A stretch of DNA of 64,000 nucleotides from an uncultured Candidatus Rokubacteria bacterium (GTDB taxonomy: Bacteria; Methylomirabilota; Methylomirabilia; Rokubacteriales; CSP1-6): assembly GCA_963754315.1 (NCBI GenBank), contig CAVWFS010000007.1, positions 1 to 64,000 of the forward strand. The letters are read 5' to 3'. Shown here piece by piece: positions 46,984 to 58,519 of the stretch. A program made the position numbers and the translations under genes. Numbering within the stretch: the first letter of the stretch is position 1; each line of letters opens with the position of its first letter. The notes beneath the pieces are model-generated. The model was not told where the DNA came from, did not search any database, and worked only from the letters and a program-made list of their open reading frames with translations.

Positions 46984-49900
46984 GGTCGACCACCACCGTG
47001 CCGGGTCCGAGTATCGCCTCCAGGGCGGTCACAAACGGCGGAGTGACAGTGACCTGGAAGGCTCGGCTCCGGAGGACAACCTCCTGCTCGGCTAGGAGGA
47101 CGTGCACGAAGAGCGGTACCGCTCCTGCGTGCTCGGCGCAGAGGCGGCCCAGCGCCGCCAGGGCGGCCATGGTCTGGCTCGCCCCTACGCGGAGCCGGCA
47201 GGCGCGGGGGGTTCCTGGAAGGGGCGCGGCGATCCCAGGCTCTCGCAACACCTCATCCAGCGGGCGTACCTCTTCGGCCAGCACGACCCGGCCCTTGTCG
47301 CTGTCGTCGATGCGACCCCTGATAAGCACGGGCTCCCGCGCACGGAGCCGACTGGCCGCCGCCTTGAACGGTTCGGGAAATACGGTGACCTCGACGGTTC
47401 CCTCCATGTCCTCCAGGGTGAGAAACGCCATGTGGTTCCCGCGCTTGGTCGTTGTCTCCTTCAACTCCACGACAAGGCCGACCAGCCTGACCGCCGATCC
47501 AGTGCTTCGCGCGGCCAGCTCAGCCGACGAAGTGACGTCTAGGGCGTCGACCTGACTGCGATAACGGGCCAGGGGATGCCCCGACACATAAAAGCCCAGA
47601 ACCTCCTTCTCGAAGGCCAGCCGCTGATCGTCGTCCCACTCGGGCAACAAGGCGGTCGCGTCCGGGGCGGCTGCGGCTGGCACCACTGGGAGCAAGTCGA
47701 AGAACGACGCCTGCCCCTCCGCCCGCTCGCGCTGCTGCCGCTGGCCCTGGTCGAGGGCGCCGTCGACCTGGGCCAGCAAGTGCGCGCGGGGGAGCTGCAA
47801 CGAGTCGAAGGCCCCGGCCTTGATGAGACTCTCGATGACCCGCCGGTTCACCAGCCGCAGATCGACCCGGCTGCAGAAGTCGTCTAGCGACCCGAACGTG
47901 CCGTGGGTGGCCCGTGTCTGGAGGATGGACTCCATGGCCGCCTCTCCCACGTTCTTGATGGCGGCCAGGCCGAACCGAATGGTGCCGCCGGCCACCGTGA
48001 AGCGGACACCCGAGCTGTTGACGTCAGGCGGCTCCACGGGGATGGCCATGGCGCGGCACTCGTCGATGTACTTCACGATCTTGTCGGTGTCGCCCATTTC
48101 CGAGGTGAGCAGCGCGGCCATGAACTCGACTGGATAATTGGCCTTGAAGTAGGCCGTCTGGTACGCCACCACGCCGTAGGCGGCCGCGTGCGACTTGTTG
48201 AAGCCGTAGCCGGCGAATTTCTCCATCAGCTCCCACACGCGCTCAGCCTTGGCGGTGGGGACGTCACGTTCGGCGCAACCGCCGATGAATTTTTCTTTCT
48301 GAGTGGCCATGAGGTCGCGGTCCTTTTTCCCCATGGCCCGCCGCAGAGTATCGGCTTCGCCCATGCTGAAACCAGCCATCTCCGAGGCGATCTGCATGAT
48401 TTGCTCCTGGTACACCATGATTCCGTACGTCTCCCGCGTGAACTTCTCCATGGCGGGGTGCTCGTACTTGATCTTGGCCCGACCATGCCTGCGGTCAATG
48501 AAGTCGGGGATGAGATCCATGGGCCCCGGACGATAGAGGGACACGATCGCGATGATGTCTTCGAGGCGCTCCGGCTTGAGGCCGCGCAGCGCATCGCGCA
48601 TGCCCGGTGACTCGAGCTGGAACACGCCAAACGTGCGGGCCTCGCCGAGGAGCTGATAGGTTCGTGTGTCGTCCACGGGCAAGCGGTCGAAGTCGATCAC
48701 CACTCCCCGTGCCTCCTTGATGAGGAGCGCGGTGTTGGCGAGAACGGTCAAGGTCCGGAGACCGAGGAAATCCATCTTGAGCAGGCCCAGCTTCTCGATG
48801 GGCCCCATGGCGTACCCGGTGATCAGCTCCGGCCGCTTGGGATCCTTGTAGAGAGGAATGTGCTGGTCCAGGGGCTCATCTGAGATCACCACGGCCGAGG
48901 CGTGCACGGAAGCGTGCCGCGTGCAGCCTTCCAGGGCGCGGGCGATGTCCCAGAGCTCCTTCACGCTCTGCTGCGTGCGGATCGTCTCGGCGAGAGGAAG
49001 CGCCCGCTGGGCCGCCTCCTCGAGGCTGATGTTGAGGGGAAATGCCGGCACGAGCTTGGCGATGCGATCCACGTCCGAATACGTCATGCCGAGCACCCGG
49101 CCGACGTCCCGGATGGCGGCCTTGGCCCCCAAGGTGCCAAAGGTAATGATATGGGCCACCCGGTCACGCCCGTACCGGTCGGCCACGTAGCGGATGACTT
49201 CGTCGCGGCGGTCATCGGCGAAGTCGATGTCCATGTCGGGCATGGAAATGCGCTCGGGGTTCAGAAATCGCTCGAAGAGAAGGCCGTAACGTATTGGATC
49301 GACGTTGGTAATACCAAGACAGTAGGCGACAAGGGACCCGGCGGAAGAACCCCGGCCCGGGCCCACGGCGATGCCGTGCTGGCGGGCAAATCGGATGAAG
49401 TCCCAGACCACGAGGAAATAGCCGGCAAAGCCCATCTTCTCGATGACCGCCAACTCGTGGGCCAGCCGGGCCTCGAGGGTGTCTCCGGGTGTGGGCCCAT
49501 AGCGCTCACGAAGTCCGGCTCGCGTAGTTTCCTGAAGGTAGCTCTCGAGGGTGTGCCCCTCGGGAACAACGTAGCGCGGCAGGTGGAACCGATTGAACTC
49601 GAGGGTCAGGTTGCAACGCTCGGCCACCGCCAGCGTGTTACGGCACGCCTCTGGCGTCTCGGCGAACACCTGCGCCATTTCCGCAGCCGACTTGACGTAG
49701 AACTCCTGGGTGGAGAAGCGCCAATGGCCCGGGTCGTTCAGGGTGGAGCCCGTCTGGATACAGAGCAGCGCCTCGTGGGCGCGGGCGTGCGTGGCTTCCA
49801 GGTAGTGCGAGTCGTTGGTCCCGGCGATGGGCGCTCCCAAGGCCCTGGCGATGCGGAGGGTCTCCGCGGTCACCCGCGCCTGCTCGGGGAGACCGTGCGC

Positions 49901-50440
49901 CTGCACCTCCATGAAGTAGTAGTCCTTGCCAAACACCTCCTGGTACCAGCCGGCCGCCTCGTGCGCCCGGCCCACATCCCCTGCCGAGATGAGGCGTGAC
50001 ACCTCGGAGTTGAGGCATCCGGACAGCACGAGAAGGCCCTCGGCATGCTCGGCAAGCAGGGCCTTGTCGACGCGGGGCTTGTAGTAGAAGCCCTCCAGAT
50101 AGGCCTTGGAGACGAGCTTGATGAGATTCCGGTAACCGGCGAGATCGCGTACGAGCACGGTCAGATGGTTCGCACCCTCGTAGCCGCCCTCCTGAGACGC
50201 GCGCTCCTTGCGACCGCCGGGGGCCACGTACAGCTCGCAACCGAGAATCGGTTTGATGCCGGCTTTCTCGGCAGCCAGGTAGAAGTCGATGGCGCCGAAC
50301 AGGTTGCCGTGATCGGTGAGGGCAAGGGCGGGAAACGCGAGGTCCTTGGCCTTCTTGACAAGTTTCTCGAGCTGGGCGGCGCCGTCGAGAAGGCTGTACT
50401 CGGAGTGAACGTGGAGGTGCACGAACTCGGCGTGCGGCAT
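46967..50440 (-). CDS. dnaE: DNA polymerase III alpha subunit
   Basis: HLHVHSEYS PHP domain, GRGS, PDMDIDF and YGFNKSH. Confidence 0.98.
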   Translation of the reverse strand: MPHAEFVHLHVHSEYSLLDGAAQLEKLVKKAKDLAFPALALTDHGNLFGAIDFYLAAEKAGIKPILGCELYVAPGGRKERASQEGGYEGANHLTVLVRDLAGYRNLIKLVSKAYLEGFYYKPRVDKALLAEHAEGLLVLSGCLNSEVSRLISAGDVGRAHEAAGWYQEVFGKDYYFMEVQAHGLPEQARVTAETLRIARALGAPIAGTNDSHYLEATHARAHEALLCIQTGSTLNDPGHWRFSTQEFYVKSAAEMAQVFAETPEACRNTLAVAERCNLTLEFNRFHLPRYVVPEGHTLESYLQETTRAGLRERYGPTPGDTLEARLAHELAVIEKMGFAGYFLVVWDFIRFARQHGIAVGPGRGSSAGSLVAYCLGITNVDPIRYGLLFERFLNPERISMPDMDIDFADDRRDEVIRYVADRYGRDRVAHIITFGTLGAKAAIRDVGRVLGMTYSDVDRIAKLVPAFPLNISLEEAAQRALPLAETIRTQQSVKELWDIARALEGCTRHASVHASAVVISDEPLDQHIPLYKDPKRPELITGYAMGPIEKLGLLKMDFLGLRTLTVLANTALLIKEARGVVIDFDRLPVDDTRTYQLLGEARTFGVFQLESPGMRDALRGLKPERLEDIIAIVSLYRPGPMDLIPDFIDRRHGRAKIKYEHPAMEKFTRETYGIMVYQEQIMQIASEMAGFSMGEADTLRRAMGKKDRDLMATQKEKFIGGCAERDVPTAKAERVWELMEKFAGYGFNKSHAAAYGVVAYQTAYFKANYPVEFMAALLTSEMGDTDKIVKYIDECRAMAIPVEPPDVNSSGVRFTVAGGTIRFGLAAIKNVGEAAMESILQTRATHGTFGSLDDFCSRVDLRLVNRRVIESLIKAGAFDSLQLPRAHLLAQVDGALDQGQRQQRERAEGQASFFDLLPVVPAAAAPDATALLPEWDDDQRLAFEKEVLGFYVSGHPLARYRSQVDALDVTSSAELAARSTGSAVRLVGLVVELKETTTKRGNHMAFLTLEDMEGTVEVTVFPEPFKAAASRLRAREPVLIRGRIDDSDKGRVVLAEEVRPLDEVLREPGIAAPLPGTPRACRLRVGASQTMAALAALGRLCAEHAGAVPLFVHVLLAEQEVVLRSRAFQVTVTPPFVTALEAILGPGTVVVDHARSP

Positions 50441-50446
50441 GGGGTC

Positions 50447-52009
50447 TCACTCCCACTCGATCGTGCTCGGCGGCTTCGACGAGATGTCGAAGACAACACG
50501 GTTGACGCCCTTGACCTCGTTGATGATCCGGTTGCTGAGGCGGCCGAGCAGCTCGTACGGAAGCCGTGCCCAGTCGGCGGTCATGGCGTCCTGACTGGTG
50601 ACGGCCCGGAGGGCGATGACCTGACCGTAGGTCCGAAAATCCCCCATCACGCCCACCGTGTGCACCGGGAGGAGGACGGCGAACGCCTGCCACACCTCGC
50701 GTTGGAGCCCAGCCGCACGAACCTCCTCCTGCACGATGGTATCCGCTTCGCGTAAGAGGTCCAGGCGATCCTCGGTCACCTCTCCGAGCACGCGGATGGC
50801 CAGGCCGGGGCCCGGAAACGGCTGGCGCCAGACGATGTCTGCCGGAAGACCGAGCACCTCGCCGACCCGCCGCACTTCGTCCTTGAACAACTCACGCAGC
50901 GGCTCCAAGAGCGAGAAGCGCATTGCTTCGGGAAGCCCTCCCACGTTGTGATGTGTCTTGATGGTGGCCGACGGTCCCTTGGCCGAAATGGACTCGATGA
51001 CATCCGGATAGAGCGTCCCTTGGGCGAGCCAGGGGATGGCCCCGAGCCGGGCCGCTTCTTCCTCGAAGACGGCGATGAACTCCCGGCCAATACGCCGGCG
51101 CTTTTCCTCGGGATCGGTCACGCCGCGCAAGCGCTCCAGGAAGCGTGCCCCGGCTTCCCGGTGGACGAGATTGATCATGAAGGTATCGCGGAACGTGTGC
51201 ACAACGGCAGCCGCCTCGCCCTTGCGGAGCAGACCGTTGTCGACGAAGACGCACGTGAGTTGATCTCCGATCGCGCGGTGCACGAGGACCGCCACCACCG
51301 CCGAGTCCACCCCACCCGACAGGGCACACAGCACGCGGCTATCACCCACCCGGGCGCGGATGTCCGCGACCGTGGTGTCGACGAACGAGGCCATCGACCA
51401 GGTCCGGGCCACCTGGCAGCTGTCCAGGAAGTTCTCGAGGATACGACCCCCCTCGGGCGTGTGCGCTACTTCGGGATGGAATTGCACGGCGTAGAGTCGG
51501 CGTTCATCGTCGGCCATCGCGGCCACCGGGCAGTTGTCGGTGGAGGCAAGGACCGCGAACCCGGGCGGGGCTGCCAGCACCGTATCGCCGTGGCTCATCC
51601 AAACGACCAGCCGACCGTCGTCGGGGGTGATGCCACGGAGGAGCGCGCTGGGAGCGTGCAGCTGAACGACTGCCTTGCCGTACTCACGTCGGTCGACGGG
51701 CACCACGCGGCCCCCGAGCCGGTAGGCCATGATCTGCATCCCATAGCAAATCCCGAGGACCGGCACCCCCAGATCGAACAGAGCGGTGGGGGCCACCGGC
51801 GCCTGCTCTTCATAAACGCTGGACGGGCCGCCCGAGAGGATGATGCCCTTGTAGCGGGCGGCGCGGAGGCTCTCCAGGGAAACGGTGGGGGGCAGGATTT
51901 CCGAGTATACCGACATCTCGCGGATGCGGCGGGCGATCAGCTGCGTATACTGCGAACCGTAGTCGAGAACCGCGATCGCGTCGACGGCGCTCACCCCCGC
52001 GCCCTCCAC
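50447..52009 (-). CDS. guaA: GMP synthase
   Basis: DYGSQY, GICYG, SGGVDS and KPPSTIEWE. Confidence 0.98.
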   Translation of the reverse strand: MEGAGVSAVDAIAVLDYGSQYTQLIARRIREMSVYSEILPPTVSLESLRAARYKGIILSGGPSSVYEEQAPVAPTALFDLGVPVLGICYGMQIMAYRLGGRVVPVDRREYGKAVVQLHAPSALLRGITPDDGRLVVWMSHGDTVLAAPPGFAVLASTDNCPVAAMADDERRLYAVQFHPEVAHTPEGGRILENFLDSCQVARTWSMASFVDTTVADIRARVGDSRVLCALSGGVDSAVVAVLVHRAIGDQLTCVFVDNGLLRKGEAAAVVHTFRDTFMINLVHREAGARFLERLRGVTDPEEKRRRIGREFIAVFEEEAARLGAIPWLAQGTLYPDVIESISAKGPSATIKTHHNVGGLPEAMRFSLLEPLRELFKDEVRRVGEVLGLPADIVWRQPFPGPGLAIRVLGEVTEDRLDLLREADTIVQEEVRAAGLQREVWQAFAVLLPVHTVGVMGDFRTYGQVIALRAVTSQDAMTADWARLPYELLGRLSNRIINEVKGVNRVVFDISSKPPSTIEWE

Positions 52010-52013
52010 CGCT

Positions 52014-53174
52014 CTAGCGCGGGCGTCCGAGTTTCTGGGCCTGCTGGAAGACTTTGCCCTCTGTCTTGATGGCCGGCGCGATGATCAGCTCCGTCTGCTG
52101 TAGCTCACGAATGTTGGCGGCGCCCACCGAACCCATGCACGTTCGAATCGCCCCCACGAGGTTGAGGGTGCCGTCCTCGGTGAAGGCCGGCCCGAACAGG
52201 ATCTGCTCGAGGGTGCCCGCGACCCCGACGCGGATGCGCGTCCCCCGCGGCAGATTCTGATGAGGGGTCGCCATTCCCCAGTGATAACCCCGCCCCGGGG
52301 CCTCCACCGACCGCGCGAACGCGGAACCGATCATGACGGCGTCCGCACCGGATGCGAGCGCCTTGCAGACATCGCCCCCCGTGGTCATGCCTCCGTCAGT
52401 GATGATCGGCACGTAACGACCCTTCTGCTTGTAATGGAAGTCGCGGGCAGCGGCGGCGTCGGCGGTGGCCGTCACCTGGGGCACACCCAATCCCAACACC
52501 TCGCGGCTCGTGCAGGCGGCTCCGGGACCGACGCCAATGAGCAGCGCATCGGCGCCGGAATTCATCAGTTCAAGGCAGGCCTCGTAGGTCACCACGTTGC
52601 CGATGATGAGCGGAATGGCCAACTGTCGCTTCAGGCGTCGGGGCTCGAACGGTGTGTACTCGGTGGCGATGTGGCGGGCCGTGGTCACCGTCGATTGCAC
52701 AACGAAGATGTCGGCTCCCGCCTCCTGGGCCAGGGCCGCGAAGCGCTCGGCTCGCTGGGGAATGGACGACACGACCACGCTGCCGCCGCCCTTCTTGATC
52801 GTCTCGATACGGCGTTGGATGAGTTCTTCCTTGATGGGCTCTCCGTAGATCGACTGGATGATACGGGTTGCCTCGTCTTGGCTGGCCGACACAATCCGCT
52901 CGATCACCTCGTCGGGATTCTCGTAGCGGGAGAAGACCCCTTCGAGGTTCAAGACAGCCAGGCCACCGAATTTGCTCATCTCGATGGCCAAACGGGGGCC
53001 CACGACCCCATCCATGGCGGCCGCGATGATCGGAATGTCGAAGCGTCGCCCGCACAACTCCCAGGAGATGTCGACCTCGTTGGGATTGATGGTCAATGCC
53101 CCGGGAACGAGCGCGATGTCATCGAACCCATACGCTGCCCGCGCCTTGCGTCCCCGTCCGACCCACATGCCCAT
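52014..53174 (-). CDS. IMP dehydrogenase family protein (GuaB3-like, no CBS domains)
   Basis: [21 protein letters not shown] and WGMA. Adjacent to guaA. Confidence 0.9.
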   Translation of the reverse strand: MGMWVGRGRKARAAYGFDDIALVPGALTINPNEVDISWELCGRRFDIPIIAAAMDGVVGPRLAIEMSKFGGLAVLNLEGVFSRYENPDEVIERIVSASQDEATRIIQSIYGEPIKEELIQRRIETIKKGGGSVVVSSIPQRAERFAALAQEAGADIFVVQSTVTTARHIATEYTPFEPRRLKRQLAIPLIIGNVVTYEACLELMNSGADALLIGVGPGAACTSREVLGLGVPQVTATADAAAARDFHYKQKGRYVPIITDGGMTTGGDVCKALASGADAVMIGSAFARSVEAPGRGYHWGMATPHQNLPRGTRIRVGVAGTLEQILFGPAFTEDGTLNLVGAIRTCMGSVGAANIRELQQTELIIAPAIKTEGKVFQQAQKLGRPR

Positions 53175-53283
53175 CGGCTGTCCCTCCCTCGCCCTTCGGG
53201 TTCCGCCATCATCCCCAGATATAGGGATGTGTTCCTAGACGCATACTATATTTCGTGGAGTATAGCCGGGTCGAGCCCAGCGG

Positions 53284-54072
53284 TCAACCAGGACCAGAGC
53301 CTTTCTGGTCCTGGACCCGCTCGTACAGCATGCGGAGGCCCTCCAGAGTCAGATCGGGATTCAGGATCTCGATCGAGCGCGTGGCTTCGGCGACAAGGGC
53401 GGCGTGGCCGCCGGTCGCGACGACCCGCGGCGTCCCCGTCATCTCCCCCTTCATGCGTTCGACGAGCCCGTCCACCAGACCCGCATAGCCATAGATGACA
53501 CCCGACTGGATGTTGGTGATGGTGTTGCGGCCGATCGCGCCAGCCGGGCGTACCAGCTCGACCCGATACAGGCGCGCCGCCCGGCTCAGCAACGCGTCCA
53601 CCGACGTGGCCAGCCCGGGGGCAATGGCCCCCCCCACGAACTCGCCGTGCATGTTCACGCAGTCGAAGGTGGTGGCGGTGCCGAAGTCGATCACAATGAG
53701 CGGGGCGCCGTAGAGCGCGCGCGCGGCCACGGACTTCACCACGCGGTCGGCTCCGACATCGCTCGGATTGTCGACGACCAAGGTGATCCCGCAATCCGCA
53801 CCCGACTCGACCGAGAACGGCTCGATGCCGAAATACTTCTCGGACATCCAGCGCAGGGGCTGCTCCACGGGCGGGACCACGTTGGAGATGGCCACGCCGT
53901 GGATGTCGGGAGGGGCCAGCCCGCGCGTACGCAGAAGCGTCTCGATGAACACGCCGTACTCGTCGGCCGTCTGCTCGCGGCGGGTGGTCAGGCGCCAGGA
54001 AACCAGCAAGCGCGTGTGGTCGAAGACGCCGATCTTGGTGTTCGTGTTGCCGACCTCAACGACGAGCAGCAT
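53284..54072 (-). CDS. coaX: type III pantothenate kinase
   Basis: EVGNTN, GADR, DFGTATT and ATGG. Confidence 0.95.
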   Translation of the reverse strand: MLLVVEVGNTNTKIGVFDHTRLLVSWRLTTRREQTADEYGVFIETLLRTRGLAPPDIHGVAISNVVPPVEQPLRWMSEKYFGIEPFSVESGADCGITLVVDNPSDVGADRVVKSVAARALYGAPLIVIDFGTATTFDCVNMHGEFVGGAIAPGLATSVDALLSRAARLYRVELVRPAGAIGRNTITNIQSGVIYGYAGLVDGLVERMKGEMTGTPRVVATGGHAALVAEATRSIEILNPDLTLEGLRMLYERVQDQKGSGPG

Positions 54073-54814
54073 CGGCGCTCTCTTCCATCAGCTCGCCCGC
54101 CCGCACGCGGTGCCGGATGAGCCCGTCATCGATGACGAGGGCCCCGTCCTCATCGAGGTCCACGGCCCGCCCGCTCACCTCGTCAACGCGCACCCACGCG
54201 CCGAGGGTGCTGCTGAGCGTCTTCCAGGCGGCGCCGATCGCGCGAAATCCCTCCCCCTCTAGCTGCCCTCGCCAGGTGTCGAACTCGTCGAGGACAGCTT
54301 CCAGGAGGCGATCGGGCTCGACCAGACGGCCGGTGGCCTGGCGGACGGAGGTCGCTCGCGCCTGGAGATCGGCGGGAAAGCGTTCCTGAGCAAGATTGAT
54401 CCCGACGCCGATGATCACGACAGGTTTCCCGGTGAGGCGCGACTCCAGGAGGATGCCGGCGACCTTCCGCCCATCCACCAGGATGTCGTTCGGCCACTTC
54501 AGCCGCGCTGGCAAGCCGGCCACGCGGCCGAGAGCCCGTGCCACTGCCACCGCCGTCATGAGCGATAGCAGCGGCCAGTGGGTGGGCGACAGCCGCGGTC
54601 GCACGAGTATCGAGAACAGAAGGCTGGCGCCGGGCTCGTCCACCCATGCCCGGCCGCGCCGACCACGGCCGGCGTGCTGGGAGTTGGCCACGACCACGGT
54701 GCCGTCGGCCGCGCCCTCCTCGGCCAGAGCAAAGGCCACTCGCTGCGTTGAGTCTACGGCGCCCAGCCGGAGGACCGAATGGTCAGGGAAACGCGGATCA
54801 CGGTCGGCCATCAT
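54056..54814 (-). CDS. birA: biotin--[acetyl-CoA carboxylase] ligase
   Basis: STQ, GRGRRGRAW, KWPND and KVAGIL. No N-terminal HTH. Confidence 0.93.
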   Translation of the reverse strand: MMADRDPRFPDHSVLRLGAVDSTQRVAFALAEEGAADGTVVVANSQHAGRGRRGRAWVDEPGASLLFSILVRPRLSPTHWPLLSLMTAVAVARALGRVAGLPARLKWPNDILVDGRKVAGILLESRLTGKPVVIIGVGINLAQERFPADLQARATSVRQATGRLVEPDRLLEAVLDEFDTWRGQLEGEGFRAIGAAWKTLSSTLGAWVRVDEVSGRAVDLDEDGALVIDDGLIRHRVRAGELMEESADAARR

Positions 54815-57425
54815 CGATCCAGCGGCGGCTCTCTTCGAGCTTTTCCCGTAGCGCGCGTGCGTCCGCGAGCCGCGTACGCTCCCGCTCGACGATTTCGGCC
54901 GGTGCTCGCTCGACGAAGTCGGCTCGAGCCAGCTTTCCTGCGAGGAACGCCAGGGTCTCATCGAGCCGGGCCATCTCCTTGGTGAGACGCTGCCGTTCGG
55001 CCACCAAGTCGACCACCCCGGTCAAGTCGACATACACCTCGGATGCCCCGACGACCGTCAGCGCCGCGTTGGTGGGACGGCTGGCGTGCCGGTCGACGGT
55101 CAATCGGCAGCGTGCCAGCGTCTCGATCAGAGGACGCTGCTCCTCGAACAGGGTGAGGTGCTCGTCGGTCGCTCGCACGGTGACGGCCAGGGACACTCCG
55201 GGGGCGATCCTCATTTCGCCTCGGACATTCCGGATGGCCGTCACCAGGTCGATGACGCTCTGCATCTGCCGCTCGGCCTCCGTGTCGATGCGGGCGGCCC
55301 GGGCCCGGGGATAGGGCGCCACCATGATCGACTCGCCGCGATGGGGAAGCTGCTGCCAGATCTCCTCGGTGATGAAGGGCATCAACGGATGGAGCAGACG
55401 CAGGGTCGGCTCCAGCACGGTGACCAGCGTGTGCTGCGTGCGCGCGCGAACAGCGGCAGCCTCCCGCTGATACAGGGAAAGCTTGGCGATCTCGAGGTAC
55501 CAGTCACAGAATTCGTGCCACACGAACTGGTAGAGAGCCGAGGCTGCCTCGTTGAACCGGTAGCGACCGAGCGCGCGCCGCACGGCGTGAATGGTGGCTT
55601 GCAAGCGGCTTTCGATCCAGCGGTCGGCGAGGGTAGGCTGACTCTGGCGGGCCGCGGCCGGACGGTAGCCCTCGAGGTTCGCCAGCACCAGCCGGGCGGC
55701 GTTCCAGAGCTTGTTGGCGAAGTTGCGCGACCCCTCGATCCGCTCCTCGGCCAGGCGGATGTCGCGCCCCTGGGCGGCGAGCGCGGCCAGGGTGAAACGG
55801 AAGGCATCGGTCCCGTAGCTGTCCATCACAACGAGTGGATCGATGACGTTGCCCTTCGACTTCGACATTTTCTGGCCTTCGGCGTCGCGAATGAGGGCGT
55901 GGATGTACACGTCGCGGAACGGCACCTCACCCATGAAGCGAAGACCGAACATGATCATGCGAGCGACCCAGAAGAACAGGATGTCGAAACCGGTCACCAG
56001 AGCCGCCGTGGGATAGAACGTCTTGAGCTCTGGAGTGTCGTCGGGCCAGCCCAGGGTGGAGAACGGCCACAGGCCCGAGGAGAACCAGGTGTCGAGGACG
56101 TCCGTCTCCTGGCGTACGGGACCAGCGCAGGTCGGGCACGCCGTGAGGTCGGTGCGAGACACGTGCAAGGAGCCGTCCGCCTGGCAGTACCAGACGGGGA
56201 TGCGATGTCCCCACCAGAGCTGGCGCGAAATCGGCCAGTTCCGGATGTTCTCCATCCAGTGGCGATAGGTCTTGGTCCATCCGCGCGGGACGATCTTGAT
56301 GCGGCCGTCTTGGACCGCCCGCAGGGCAGGCTCCGCCAACGGCTTGATCAGGACGAACCACTGCTTGGAGACGAGGGGTTCCACCACCGTCTTGCAGCGG
56401 TAGCAGACACCCACGGCGTGACGGTAGGGCTCGATCCGTTCCACGAGGCCGAGGGCCTTCATGTCCTCCACGATCTGCCGGCGGCACTCGAAGCGATCGA
56501 GCCCCGCATAGCGCCCGGCCAACGCCGTCATCTTGCCGTCGAACCCGATGACTGTCCGCACGGGCAGGTGGTGACGGCGGCCGATCTCGAAGTCGACAGG
56601 ATCGTGGCCGGGGGTGACCTTGATCACGCCGGTGGCGAAGCTCGGATCGACGGCCTCGTCGGCCACGACTCGGATGCGAATCGGTCCGTCGACCGACTGA
56701 ACCTCGAGCTCCTCGCCCACGTACTGCGCATAGCGAGCGTCCTTGGGGTGGACGGCGAGCCCGGTGTCCCCTAGCTTCGTCTCGGGGCGCACGGTGCCGA
56801 GGGTCAGGGGCCCGTACTTGATGTAGACGAACTCCCCGTCGCGCTCCTCGCGCTCGACCTCGAGATCGGCCAGCACCGTCTGACAGCGTGGGCACCAGTT
56901 GACGAGGTAATCGTCACGGACGATGAGGCCGTCTTCCCAGAGACGGACGAACACCTCGCGTACAGCCCGCGACAGACCCTCGTCCATGGTGAAGCGCTCG
57001 CGCGACCAGTCGCAGGACGCGCCCAGGCGCTTGAGCTGGCGGATGATGGTGCCCCCAGACGCCTTCTTCCACTCCCACACGCGGGCCACGAAGCCCTCGC
57101 GGCCCAGGTCTTCCTTAGACTTTCCCTCGGCGGCAAGCTCTCGCTCGACCACGTACTGAGTGGCGATGCCCGCGTGGTCGGTGCCGGGCATCCACAGGGT
57201 ATTGAAGCCGTCCATCCGCTTCATGCGGATGAGAATGTCTTGCAGCGTGTTGTTGAGGGCGTGCCCCATGTGCAAGGAGCCGGTCACGTTGGGGGGCGGA
57301 ATGACGATGCAATATGGCCGTCCCCTCCGCCCGACATCAGCCCGGAAAAAGCCGCGCTCCTCCCAGAAAGCGTACCAGCGTCCCTCGACGGCGGCCGGTT
57401 GGTAGCGGTTGGGGAGGTCAGCCAT
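54798..57425 (-). CDS. valS: valine--tRNA ligase
   Basis: PPNVTGSLHMGH, ISRQLWWGHRIP and KMSKS. Confidence 0.98.
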   Translation of the reverse strand: MADLPNRYQPAAVEGRWYAFWEERGFFRADVGRRGRPYCIVIPPPNVTGSLHMGHALNNTLQDILIRMKRMDGFNTLWMPGTDHAGIATQYVVERELAAEGKSKEDLGREGFVARVWEWKKASGGTIIRQLKRLGASCDWSRERFTMDEGLSRAVREVFVRLWEDGLIVRDDYLVNWCPRCQTVLADLEVEREERDGEFVYIKYGPLTLGTVRPETKLGDTGLAVHPKDARYAQYVGEELEVQSVDGPIRIRVVADEAVDPSFATGVIKVTPGHDPVDFEIGRRHHLPVRTVIGFDGKMTALAGRYAGLDRFECRRQIVEDMKALGLVERIEPYRHAVGVCYRCKTVVEPLVSKQWFVLIKPLAEPALRAVQDGRIKIVPRGWTKTYRHWMENIRNWPISRQLWWGHRIPVWYCQADGSLHVSRTDLTACPTCAGPVRQETDVLDTWFSSGLWPFSTLGWPDDTPELKTFYPTAALVTGFDILFFWVARMIMFGLRFMGEVPFRDVYIHALIRDAEGQKMSKSKGNVIDPLVVMDSYGTDAFRFTLAALAAQGRDIRLAEERIEGSRNFANKLWNAARLVLANLEGYRPAAARQSQPTLADRWIESRLQATIHAVRRALGRYRFNEAASALYQFVWHEFCDWYLEIAKLSLYQREAAAVRARTQHTLVTVLEPTLRLLHPLMPFITEEIWQQLPHRGESIMVAPYPRARAARIDTEAERQMQSVIDLVTAIRNVRGEMRIAPGVSLAVTVRATDEHLTLFEEQRPLIETLARCRLTVDRHASRPTNAALTVVGASEVYVDLTGVVDLVAERQRLTKEMARLDETLAFLAGKLARADFVERAPAEIVERERTRLADARALREKLEESRRWIDDGRP

Positions 57426-57443
57426 GCGCGAGCGTCTGGGGCA

Positions 57444-58475
57444 TCACCGGATGGTGGGCATGGCCGCTGTGAGTCGCCAGTTCCCTTTCCCCGTATCCCG
57501 GAAGATCACGGTCCAGGGTTGTCGAGACTCAGCGAGGGCGGCGATCGACACGGTGCCGGCGGACCCAGGGGGCGCATCGCAGGCGGGCTCTCGGCGGAGG
57601 GTACGGGGAAGGCGTGCGCGCAAGGCCGAATCCTGGACAAGGCGAGTGAGTGCCACGGAGTCGACCGCCGCCAGCGCCTCGAAGAGGCGGTCAGCAGCGG
57701 CATGGACGTCACGGTGCCACGCGTTGATTGCTCGCCGACTGACCCGGACGAAGCGCGTTCCGTCCGGCGCTAGGCGATAGAGGTCCTCATGCTCCGTCTG
57801 CTGGTCGCATCCCGGAGTCCATCCTGGATATCCCGCCGGGTAACGCACGGTGAGGTCTGCTCCCCGCACGGTGTACCATCGTGCCGCCAGACCTTCGGGA
57901 AATACCTCGGCCGAGCTCCAGGCAGCCCGTGCCCGGCCACCCTCTTCGCGCACGAGATCGACGCGCAAGGTTCGGGCCCCGTGGGCGAGGAGCGGACCCT
58001 CCCACACGACCAAGAACTGCGCCGCGGCCGGTCTCCCCGAGGGGAGTGGGCGAATGCTGGGCCAACCGGGTCCGTCCAGCACCGTTAAGACCTTTGCCTC
58101 GCTGGCCCGTCCTCCATAGATCCGCACCGAACTTCCGAGCGGCGTCTCGCTGAATTGATAGGCGACAACGAGAAGCCGGCCGAGCCCAACCAGGCGCATG
58201 GTCACCCCACCCCACGTCTCCGTGAATGCCTCCAGCCGGTCACGGATGAAAGCGGGGGTGGCGAAAACACCGCCGCTGGCCAAGGACTCGACGACCTCCG
58301 CGTCGAGGAGCGCGTAGATCGAGGGCAGGGTCTCTGCAGCCGCCGGCTCGGGGGCGTGGGCGGGATCGAGGAGGCTGACGAGTGCGCGGAAACGCTCCAG
58401 ACGATCCACGGTGGTCGCCTCGACCCGCGCGTGCAGCCCCGTCGACAGCGCGATCAGGGCGAGTACCACGACCAT
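57444..58475 (-). CDS. hypothetical exported protein
   Basis: Signal-like MVVVLALIALS, long ORF upstream of valS. Confidence 0.65.
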   Translation of the reverse strand: MVVVLALIALSTGLHARVEATTVDRLERFRALVSLLDPAHAPEPAAAETLPSIYALLDAEVVESLASGGVFATPAFIRDRLEAFTETWGGVTMRLVGLGRLLVVAYQFSETPLGSSVRIYGGRASEAKVLTVLDGPGWPSIRPLPSGRPAAAQFLVVWEGPLLAHGARTLRVDLVREEGGRARAAWSSAEVFPEGLAARWYTVRGADLTVRYPAGYPGWTPGCDQQTEHEDLYRLAPDGTRFVRVSRRAINAWHRDVHAAADRLFEALAAVDSVALTRLVQDSALRARLPRTLRREPACDAPPGSAGTVSIAALAESRQPWTVIFRDTGKGNWRLTAAMPTIR

Positions 58476-58519
58476 GCGACCAACGGCACCCCGCACGCGC
58501 CTATGGTACAACACGAGCG

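Noticed and set aside
46967..50440. Intein in dnaE
   Set aside because: Normal length (1157 aa) with continuous motifs.
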